DNA of 64,000 bases from Planctomycetota bacterium (GTDB lineage: Bacteria > Planctomycetota > UBA8108 > SXIK01): assembly GCA_965223265.1 (NCBI GenBank), contig OZ244999.1, forward strand, positions 1,696,001-1,760,000, in the 5' to 3' direction. A program made the position numbers and the translations under genes. Numbering within the stretch: position 1 is the first letter of the stretch; each line of letters begins with the position of its first letter. Shown here piece after piece: positions 38,401-45,219 of this stretch. Below the pieces are notes generated by a model. The model saw nothing but the letters and a program-made list of their open reading frames with translations. It was not told the DNA's origin and made no database searches.

Positions 38401-39907
38401 ACGGGATCAAATCGGCAACAGGGATCAAGTTCGCGACGTCGGCGAACGCGCCAGTTTGAGACAGAACCGGCGGCACGGGGGACCCTGTCGATCCGTCTCG
38501 CGTGAGCTTGTAGATGAGGCCTGGATTCGTGTGCCCCATCTTGCAGAAATAGAGTTCCCCGTCTTTGTCGACTCCGATACTGGAGAGTCCTGTGTAGTTG
38601 CTGCCGCTGGGCATCTCACAGAGGAATGACACGGCTGGAGGATTGGCCGACAGATCCATCGCCCAAATTCTTCCGACTGTGTTGTCGCCGAAGATGTACT
38701 GACCATAGAGATCCGGAAACGCGCTGCCGCGATAAATGTGACCGCCGATCACGCAGTTACCGTTGAACGGAAACGCAGTGCCATGCGGGTACTCGTAGAT
38801 CGGTGGAGCTTCCGTGCCGAAGATGCTTGCAGGACGAGACCTCGGTCCGTCGTGAAACCCTTCTTTGTATGGCCACTGAAAGTTGCTGCCTGGCTCGACA
38901 ATATTGACTTCTTCCCACCTCTGTTGCCCGACTTCGCCGAGCAGAATCTGATCGGTGATCGCGTCGTGGGTCATGCGGTGTGGGCTCCGAAGGCCAAGGG
39001 CATAGAACTCCTCTAAAACGCCGCCACCGGGATCTTGCCAAGGATTGTCGTTCGGAATGTAGTAGTTCTGCGTGAACGAAGGGCGGTCTGCGAAGCTGAG
39101 GGGTTGGCGACGAATCGGATGGCTGATGCTTCCTCCGCGCATGTCGACATCGATGCGAAACACGCCGGCAAAGAGCTTACCGTCAATCCTTTGGGCGTTC
39201 GCAAACGTGTCATTCGATCCACCTTCGTCGCCCATCGTGAAATAGAGAAACCCATCGACTGGATGAAAGAACATCGCTGCGCCGAGATGCCAGAGGTTGC
39301 GATCGTGCTGCTCAACGAGCACAAGCTCGGTCGCAGGGTTGGCAACGAACGAACCGTCGGGCACTGTGAAACGCGACAGTCGGTTGAACGTCGGCGTTGT
39401 CGCTGGTGGCCGACTCGGCCCCGGCACCGGGCTGTCGGTGTACTGGTAGATGATGTAGAAGTACCCACGATTGGGAGATCCCGCCGTGCCGAACTGCGGG
39501 TGAAACGCCATGCCGAGAAGGCCGCAATCATCCCAGCCCTGGGTCTGAGCGCTAATATCGAGGACCAACGTCTTGGTGCTGGTTCCCGGATCGTTCTGAA
39601 ACGAGTAGATGCGTCCCTCGCGTTCCAAAACATAGAGCTGGTTCGTCCCGGGGGCGTGCGTGAGGAACGTCGGATTGGGGACGGTAAGATTCGGAAACGC
39701 GAGTTCGACCATAAACTCGCCGTTAGGCGTCGGCAGTTCGGTCGGCATGTTCAGGAACGGCGGCGCGGCTGGGCGTGATTCCAAGCCGTAAGGCTGCGCA
39801 TGCACGGCGCTGAATGGCAACCACGCCAGCGCGAGACAGGTTGCCAAGCGACAATCGAAAGACAATGCCACACAACCCCTACCTGCCAGAGCATGCAGAG
39901 CTGCCAT
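32456..39907 (-). CDS. Giant secreted protein: glucose/sorbosone dehydrogenase-like propeller + diheme cytochrome c + FN3/chitobiase-like + 3 PA14 + 12 MBG-like repeats + C-terminal lectin-like domain
   Basis: GLLGMAFHP, GLRSPHR, WEEVN (GSDH); CLTCH and CGHCH; FYTLDGTAPT; three SDDG-containing PA14 units; twelve ~72-aa YDG...P..G.Y.V.A repeats. Confidence 0.9.
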   Translation of the reverse strand: MAALHALAGRGCVALSFDCRLATCLALAWLPFSAVHAQPYGLESRPAAPPFLNMPTELPTPNGEFMVELAFPNLTVPNPTFLTHAPGTNQLYVLEREGRIYSFQNDPGTSTKTLVLDISAQTQGWDDCGLLGMAFHPQFGTAGSPNRGYFYIIYQYTDSPVPGPSRPPATTPTFNRLSRFTVPDGSFVANPATELVLVEQHDRNLWHLGAAMFFHPVDGFLYFTMGDEGGSNDTFANAQRIDGKLFAGVFRIDVDMRGGSISHPIRRQPLSFADRPSFTQNYYIPNDNPWQDPGGGVLEEFYALGLRSPHRMTHDAITDQILLGEVGQQRWEEVNIVEPGSNFQWPYKEGFHDGPRSRPASIFGTEAPPIYEYPHGTAFPFNGNCVIGGHIYRGSAFPDLYGQYIFGDNTVGRIWAMDLSANPPAVSFLCEMPSGSNYTGLSSIGVDKDGELYFCKMGHTNPGLIYKLTRDGSTGSPVPPVLSQTGAFADVANLIPVADLIPYGVGSPLYSDRALKSRWVAIPNTGAGAPEDEQIVFRETGEWDFPAGTVFVKHFELVDDEVTGSTTRLETRLVVVKNDGTVYGVTYKWRADQLEADLLLDGREEDITVTTASGSRIDRWSYPSASDCLTCHNASANFVLGVNTRQLNNDLHYSATGVTDNQLRSWNHIGLFDPALSEAAIPTYLSVVSLGDTAATLEDRVRSYLDANCGHCHRPGQVQGFFDARYDTPLAEQGIIDGPVGNDLGISGAAVVRPSDVARSILHVRDDSLDPAIKMPPLAKNTIHQEWISTLEAWINSLGGLPPLAPPDIIPAGGNFDSFVDVSLSHAEPGVSMFYTLDGTAPTTASTPYTGAFTLTSSATVTAFATKAGFADSTAASATFEVTNFRAPDNPSNTTPGVEYEQFLGEFTALPDFDAETPAEVGIRSNFAIAPRLQDDLFAFRFRGFIDIPETAEYTFYTLSDDGSQLFIGDQLVVDNDLLHSPRESSGQIGLEAGLHSITVTFFERTGGERLDVLYESANLAKTLVPDAALFHSNLPATVFLDDLTVVYDGQPVSMSATTDPPGLAVDITYDGSTSAPTDAGVYSVVATVNDPDYYGVATAILTIEQALATVTLGNLTQTFDGAPKPVTVTTSPPDLVVSVTYDGVSQVPSAPGSYSVLAEVIETNYTGSTSGTLVIEDGNATVTLSGLSQVYDGTPRVVTATTSPPGLAVDITYDGSSTPPTNSGSYTVVATIIEAGYIGSTSGTLVVQPAAAIVSLTNLNQVYDGSPRIVAASTSPSGLSVSVTYDGSSTPPTAAGSYAVAAAITDSNYTGSAAGTLNVAQATATVTLHNLTQTFTGTPRVVTATTAPSGLAVSITYDGSTTAPIDVGSYAVAATVTDPNYAGSATGTLTVTAAEEFRAPENPSNAAPQLRYEQFLGFFSALPDFDTLTPVDVGLRGNFSLSPRIQDDEFLFRFEGFIEVPETAHYTFYTTSDDGSQLFIGDELVVDNDLVHSPRERSGQIGLQAGLHAITVTFFERGGGQVLEVRYESDGIAKTLIPDSALFHASSSATVSIDDLTVVYSGQPVSMSATTDPPGLAVDITYNGSSLPPTDAGVYSVVATINDPDYQGTAAATLTIEPATATVTLADLSQSFDGAPKPVTATTSPAGLAVSLTYDGSTQPPSAVGSYAVVATVIEPNYVGSATGTLTVTAAEEFRAPENPSNTAPQLRYEQFLGFFSALPDFDTLTPVDVGLRSNFSLSPRIQDDEFLFRFEGFIEVPETAHYTFYTTSDDGSQLFIGDELVVDNDLVHSPRERSGQIGLQAGLHAITVTFFERGGGQVLEVRYESDGIAKTLIPDSALFHASSSATVSIDDLTVVYSGQPVSMSATTSPPGLAVDITYNGSPLPPTDVGVYSVVATINDPDHQGSATATLTIEPATATVTLADLSQTFDGEPKPVTATTSPPGLAVSLTYDGSTQAPSAAGAYSVLAEVVDANYIGSATGTLVIDGGSATVTLSGLSQVYDGTPRIVTATTSPPGLLMTITYDGSTTPPINTGSYAVVATIIDPDFTGSSSGTLVVQPAAASVVLANLSQVYDGSPRPVTVATSPTGLSVSVTYDGSPTPPTAAGSYAVSVSITDSNYTGSASGTLDVAKATAAVALHDLVQPFTGTPRVVTATTTPSGLTVVVTYDGSTTAPVDPGTYTVVATVVDNNYTGSANGILTVEGILAETGVVGGISTETWTTVTLSRTYTSMVVVCTPVTPPSSVAILPRVRTAAGNSFELKLANVDAAATPVNGISVHYFVIEEGAYTVGDDGVKMEAVKFVSTTTDHNATWQGEQRSYANTYSNPVVVGQVMTANDASFSVFWCRGNSRNSAPNGSELFVGKHVGEDPRTTRANETIGYIVIEAGTGEIGALRFAAGVGDDSIRGVDNAPPYAYAISGGIASASSAVVSLAGMGSTNGGWAVLYGPNPVTTTHLNLAVDEDQLQDLERRRGTERAGYIVFE
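34060..35760 (-). repeat. Intragenic near-identical tandem duplication with an 891-bp period
   Basis: Near-identical DNA at ~34060-34869 and ~34950-35760; shadow ORFs recur at offset 891 (34417/35308, 34680/35571). Confidence 0.92.
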
Positions 39908-40144
39908 GAAAAACTTCCTCGTTCGTGGATGGCAAACATCGCGACACGCGTGGGCGTGTCGCGGCGTACGCTCAACCGTCCACGTGGTCGTCAAAGCAGC
40001 CCGCCGAAGACCCAAACGCCGTGCATGTTACCCAGGCGACTGGGTCACGAGAAGGAGAATGTGCACCGACGTCGGGGCTCAGCCTCACCGCAGCGCAAAG
40101 GTACGCGTTCTGTTCGGCGACGTTCCAGCGCTGAGCTCGTAAGT

Positions 40145-41434
40145 CTAGCGCGATGGGCTGACCGGCGGTTCTCCAGGTGCGTGCCTCCAGTCGGTGGCAC
40201 GGTATGAGATGTCCAGCTCCGGAGTTTCGATACGCTTGCCGTCAGTCGCCAGGCTCTGCATAGCAGCATTGATCGCGCCGGTAGTGAGAACCGTTCGCTC
40301 GACTGGGTACGCAGGTTTGCCAGTATGCGCCATGTGATCGATCGCCTTCACGAGCCATTCAAAATGGCGGAAGGGTGCACTGTAGTGTAGGGCGAATCGC
40401 GCCGCTTTTGGGGTTTCGTCACCTTTGAGGTTGCAACCGAACGAGAACTTCGTGACGACGCCGCCCAGCATCGCGACGCAGGCTTTGAATCCATCCCGGT
40501 AGTCGATGAGGTAGAACGGACGGGTTTTGTGACTGATCAGACTGCGCCAATCGCCCGACAGCTCATAGCCCTGCGTTTCAAGAGCCGCAGCCAGAACCGG
40601 CTCGCTCCAGTAGCCTTGCTTTTCAGCCTCCAACACCGCCGCGCCTCGCGCTGCACGCACCGCCGCGATTCCAGATTCACCGCCGCGGCGTCGCTCGACC
40701 ATGCACTGGAGAGCCTCCAGTGCGTGAAAACCGTATGATTCGTTGCCGCCGAATCCGATAGCGATCGCGCTGGCGAGCTCGCTTCCGATCGGCAGCTCGA
40801 GCGTGGGGACGCGCCACGCTACCGGCAGCGACGATCCGGCCATGAACGGGATATCGAGCTTTCTCGCGGTACGGTACATCTCGAGAGCTTCGTCGGTGCG
40901 ATAAGAGAGATGCTTGTCATTGAACACTGGGACGATCTTGCCGCCGCGTGTGAGCGCACGAATGATTTCGTCGAAGAACCTCTTGCGTGGGTACATGCGC
41001 TGGCCGGTCGTCGGGTGAGCTGGGTAATCGCCGTGCTCGCCAATCGACAGGACAGCGGCTACACCGACGCTCTTGCCGCCAAGGGTGACGGCCTCGTCGA
41101 TGGTTCGTGCGAGGCGAAACCCATGCTTCGTGGCTAAGCCCCGCGCCATGTCGTTCTCGGCGAACTGATCGACGTAGAGTGAAACCAACTCGAGATCAGG
41201 TCCGGGCCCGCCGTCTTGCGCGAAACCTTCGAGGATCTTCCCGAGGATGACGTCGGCGTGGGAGGATTTTCGGTACACTGTGGCCACACCGGCCACCGGT
41301 AGGGTTGGGCGTCCGCGGCGAGTCGCTGCGTCCAGGACGAGAAACGGCGATAGGGCGCTACCCGCCGTGACACTCAGAGATCGTTTGAGGAACGCTCGTC
41401 GGGTCTGTCGTTCGGTGTGGCGGTCGGTGTGCAT
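40145..41434 (-). CDS. Tat-exported divergent oxidoreductase-like protein (Gfo/Idh/MocA-like)
   Basis: TRRAFLKR signal; SHADVI, IGEHGDYP, FNDKHLS, AGSSLP, YGFHALE motifs. Confidence 0.75.
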   Translation of the reverse strand: MHTDRHTERQTRRAFLKRSLSVTAGSALSPFLVLDAATRRGRPTLPVAGVATVYRKSSHADVILGKILEGFAQDGGPGPDLELVSLYVDQFAENDMARGLATKHGFRLARTIDEAVTLGGKSVGVAAVLSIGEHGDYPAHPTTGQRMYPRKRFFDEIIRALTRGGKIVPVFNDKHLSYRTDEALEMYRTARKLDIPFMAGSSLPVAWRVPTLELPIGSELASAIAIGFGGNESYGFHALEALQCMVERRRGGESGIAAVRAARGAAVLEAEKQGYWSEPVLAAALETQGYELSGDWRSLISHKTRPFYLIDYRDGFKACVAMLGGVVTKFSFGCNLKGDETPKAARFALHYSAPFRHFEWLVKAIDHMAHTGKPAYPVERTVLTTGAINAAMQSLATDGKRIETPELDISYRATDWRHAPGEPPVSPSR

Positions 41435-41646
41435 TTTGGAGTCGACGCTGTTTGAGGGGCGGTTGCAGTCCTGCGGCATTGTAGGGTCGTCAGGAGCTCC
41501 GGTCAGTAGGTTTTTCGGCGGCGGAACCTTGAGCTCAGCTGCGATGCTCGTTGGACTTGGTGCGCGCCGTTTTGGTACAGTGAGGCGCAGCGCGATGAGG
41601 TGCAGCAAACCTCATCTTCTTGAGCGTTCACTGTAGAGGTAGTCGA

Positions 41647-43068
41647 GTGCTGACGATTCCCGGACAGTCGAGTCGCTATTGCGACGGCCTCTCTCGACGG
41701 AGCTTTCTCAGAATCGGCTCGCTCGCGATGGGCGGCATTTCGCTGCCAGAACTCCTCCGTGCAGAGGCCGCCGCAGGCGTGCGGTCGTCGCAAGCTCGGT
41801 CGCACAAAGGAATCATCATGATTCTTCTGACCGGCGGTCCGACGCATCTCGACACCTACGATCTCAAGCCGGACGCCCCGACCGAGATCCGCGGCGAGTT
41901 CGCACCGATCCCGACCAACGTTCCGGGGATTCAGATTTGCGAGCTGATGCCCCAAATGGCCACGGTGATGGACAAGCTCATTGCAGTGCGAACCCTCACT
42001 GGCGGACTTGACGATCACAACACGCACCAGTGTACGACCGGATGGGAGAGCCATCCGGCGTCTTTCGACTCGCGTGAGGTGCCGGGGTATCCGGCAGGTG
42101 GTTGGCCATCGATGGGAGCCGTGATCTCGAAGGTTCAAGGGGCCGCCGTGCCTGGTGTGCCTCCCGCGGTTGATCTCACTCCTGTCTACTACGATTCCCG
42201 CTTTATGTTGAAGCAGCCGCCGTGCCAAGCTGGCTTCCTTGGTTCGCAGTACGACGGATTTCAGGTTCACGCCGTCGACCGGCGCAATATTGCGCTTCAC
42301 GGCGTCGGGGTCGACCGATTGCGAGACCGCCAATCGCTCTTGAGCAGCCTCGACCGATTCCGTCGCGCCACAGACGCTGCTGGGGCGATGGAGGGCGTCG
42401 ACGAATACACCCAACAAGCATTTAGCATGATGACGTCACCGCGACTTGCCGAGGCGCTCGACCTCGAGCGCGAAGACCCGCGCGTCGTGGCACGTTATGG
42501 AGTGGACCTCAAAGCCGCTCCCGTGCGGGAAGGGCCGCGTCACTTGGATAACTTCCTTATGGCGCGCCGGCTGATTCAGGCCGGAGCTCGTCTCGTTGCA
42601 TTGACGTTTAGTCGCTACCCGTTCGGGCGTATGTCACAGGGCGATTACAACTGGGACTGGCACACCAACAACTTCGAGAATTCTCGCAAGACGCTGCCGA
42701 TGTTGGATCGTGGCATCGCAGCTCTTGTGGAAGACCTTGATCAGCACGACATGCTCGACGACGTTTCCGTCGTCGTCTGGGGCGAGTTCGGCCGAACGCC
42801 GCGCATCAACAAGAACGCCGGGCGCGACCACTGGCCGAAGGTTGGCAGCGCCATCCTCGCCGGCGGCGGCATGCGCACCGGACAAGTCGTCGGTAGGACC
42901 ACACGCCTCGGGGACGACGTGCAGGATCGACCTGTTCACTTCCGTGACGTGTTGGCGACCCTCTACCACAACATAGGGATCGATCCGGCGAGCCTGCAAT
43001 TAACGGATTTGTCGGGAAGGCCTCACAATCTTCTCGATGGCCATCGCCCGATTCGTGAAATCGTCTGA
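41647..43068 (+). CDS. DUF1501 domain protein (planctomycete Tat substrate)
   Basis: GAGGT RBS and GTG start; LSRRSFLR, GGPTHLDTYDLKP, WDWH, WGEFGRTPRIN, GRDHWP motifs. Confidence 0.93.
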   Translation: MLTIPGQSSRYCDGLSRRSFLRIGSLAMGGISLPELLRAEAAAGVRSSQARSHKGIIMILLTGGPTHLDTYDLKPDAPTEIRGEFAPIPTNVPGIQICELMPQMATVMDKLIAVRTLTGGLDDHNTHQCTTGWESHPASFDSREVPGYPAGGWPSMGAVISKVQGAAVPGVPPAVDLTPVYYDSRFMLKQPPCQAGFLGSQYDGFQVHAVDRRNIALHGVGVDRLRDRQSLLSSLDRFRRATDAAGAMEGVDEYTQQAFSMMTSPRLAEALDLEREDPRVVARYGVDLKAAPVREGPRHLDNFLMARRLIQAGARLVALTFSRYPFGRMSQGDYNWDWHTNNFENSRKTLPMLDRGIAALVEDLDQHDMLDDVSVVVWGEFGRTPRINKNAGRDHWPKVGSAILAGGGMRTGQVVGRTTRLGDDVQDRPVHFRDVLATLYHNIGIDPASLQLTDLSGRPHNLLDGHRPIREIV

Positions 43069-43154
43069 CGACGTGTCGCACCGGTAATCCGCAGCGAAAA
43101 GGTGCGGGGAGCAGCCAAGAAGCGCGGCGCCTCGTCTCATGGCTCGCGATGAAC

Positions 43155-44969
43155 TCACTGGCTACGGTCCCAAGGGAAGCTTAGCGTCGGTTGGTTCGCA
43201 TAGCGTCGCATTTTGATCCGTAGACGGCGACCACAGCCTGGCCCGAGACGCGCCGTGAACTGAGAAGCGTCAACCCGGTGGTGACGATCGCCGTCGCCCA
43301 CCGTCTCGAACTGATGTTCACCGTAGGCCCCTGCCTGAACGGTGACTGTGCGTGCATCAAGTTGGTTGACGTTGACGAGTGTCACAACGACCTCGTCGTC
43401 TGTCATCTTCTCGATGAGCGCTGCGACTCCGTCAGGTACGCCGGCACGTCTCTTGATCGGGTCGAAATAGCGTAGGCGGCAGTGGAGGATCAGTCCATTC
43501 TTGCTGGGCAACAGCCCGCCCATCATGAGCTCAGTGAGCGAACGGACCGAGGCAGGGTTGTAGCGCATGGGGTCGTCAGAGAGTCGCGTGTCAGGGGTGG
43601 TTAAGTCTGCACGCATGCCCGCCACTGTGGTGCGAATGTGAGCGAAGTCCGAACGCAAGACGTGCTTCGGGTAGTTGGGGTTTTTGCCGTGCAAGTAGTC
43701 GAACCAGGGGTTTGCGGCGGCACGGCCTAGATCGTCGTCGCGCAATGTTACATAGTAAATCTCGGTGGCACCGGCACGGTACGGGTTCGGTTGAAAGTTG
43801 TACCAACCGTCGTCACCGTACTTGTGCGGGTAGAGTGTCTTGCCGTCGACAACCTTCTTGTTGGCATTGACGAGATCCATCTGTGTACGCCATGGATCGA
43901 GGAGGCTGCGGTCTCCAGTGAGTAGCACGGCGTTGAGGAAGCCGTGAATACCGCGGTTGAACGTTTGACGATGCGCCAGGCCGCCCGTCTGCGGCACAAC
44001 GACTGTGAAGCCCCAACCGTAGACGCCGCCGTACCACTTGCCGCCTGCGGCACTGCCGATTTTCCCGTCGAGGCCGATGTTGGTCGGGATGATCGAGTCG
44101 TTTTCGATCATCCTCTCGCGCCATGCTCCGACGTACTCAAGGATCCACTCCTTATACTTCGGCTCCTGCTCGAGCATGTACGCATTCAGCGCCAACGCAG
44201 TTGCGAGCAGATTTGACGGATGGTCGCCGATGATGTCGTTGTAGTCCTTGAAGTGAGCGACCATTTGTTCGTAGTTTTCCTCGCCGTGTCCGAGCTCGAA
44301 GCGCCCTTCGACTTCGATCGGATCGCCGGCCCAGTCCAAACCGGTGGCTTTGCGGAGCAACGGGCCACGGCTGCCGTTGAATAGGCTGCGGATGATTCTG
44401 TGCTCGGGGTCGTAGTTCGGTGCCTGCGGATCCTCGTTCAAGTAGAAACCTGCATAGCGTCGCACGCGCTTTTGAAACTGGTCGTTGTAGGGATCGGAGA
44501 GACCTTGAAAGCTGAAGACGGTGAGGCCTTCGCTGTTGTGAAGCCAGTCGAACATGACCGGAAATTCTTTGTAGTACATGCCGTCGCGCGCAAACGGAAC
44601 ATCGACCGTCTTGGCGAGTGTGTACTGGCGCAGATGCCCCTCCCACGCCTTTTTGTACATCGTGAGAATGGAGTCGGACGCGCCGAGGGCGTGCAAGATC
44701 GGCCAATGCGTCAAGTTCTCGATCGCGTCGTCCGGACCGTCATCGCCCCCCCAACGTTCGACGCAAAGCAAAAATCCGCGTTCGTCGAAGTAGCGCTCGA
44801 AGAACTCCTCGCATGCCGGTACGTGCGCGCGCAGGAGCTCGCGCTCGAGTAACGCCCAGTCAGGCGGCAACATTTGCGTCTCGATTCTAATCGTGTCGGC
44901 CGCCAGGGTGAGTTTGACTGTCGCTACGAAGCAAATCACGAAAAGATCGAATCGGCAGCGGCGTTTCAT
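43155..44969 (-). CDS. Conserved secreted hypothetical protein (aromatic- and acid-rich, possibly an alpha/alpha-toroid enzyme)
   Basis: 604-aa ORF with signal peptide and GGAG RBS; WGGDDGPDDAIEN, DWLHNSEG, WYGGVYGW and QAGAYGEH blocks. Confidence 0.75.
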   Translation of the reverse strand: MKRRCRFDLFVICFVATVKLTLAADTIRIETQMLPPDWALLERELLRAHVPACEEFFERYFDERGFLLCVERWGGDDGPDDAIENLTHWPILHALGASDSILTMYKKAWEGHLRQYTLAKTVDVPFARDGMYYKEFPVMFDWLHNSEGLTVFSFQGLSDPYNDQFQKRVRRYAGFYLNEDPQAPNYDPEHRIIRSLFNGSRGPLLRKATGLDWAGDPIEVEGRFELGHGEENYEQMVAHFKDYNDIIGDHPSNLLATALALNAYMLEQEPKYKEWILEYVGAWRERMIENDSIIPTNIGLDGKIGSAAGGKWYGGVYGWGFTVVVPQTGGLAHRQTFNRGIHGFLNAVLLTGDRSLLDPWRTQMDLVNANKKVVDGKTLYPHKYGDDGWYNFQPNPYRAGATEIYYVTLRDDDLGRAAANPWFDYLHGKNPNYPKHVLRSDFAHIRTTVAGMRADLTTPDTRLSDDPMRYNPASVRSLTELMMGGLLPSKNGLILHCRLRYFDPIKRRAGVPDGVAALIEKMTDDEVVVTLVNVNQLDARTVTVQAGAYGEHQFETVGDGDRHHRVDASQFTARLGPGCGRRLRIKMRRYANQPTLSFPWDRSQ

Positions 44970-45219
44970 GACATTCTCCGCAAGAACTGTGTGGGTCGGT
45001 TGGTGGGGGCGGGATGGTGCGAGCAGTACGAGAAAAGCTCGCGAAGTCTGAGGTGGCGGCTCCGCCCGAATTGGCCTACGCTGAGGGAAGAGGTTAGACT
45101 AAACGGCGCCAGGTTTCCTGTCTACTCGAAGCCTCGCCACGCCGCGGCGGTTGCGTGGCAGTCATGCCTTACGCCGATTGGACAAGAAACTCTGAACTGA
45201 TGCCGGGGGTTGATTTGCT

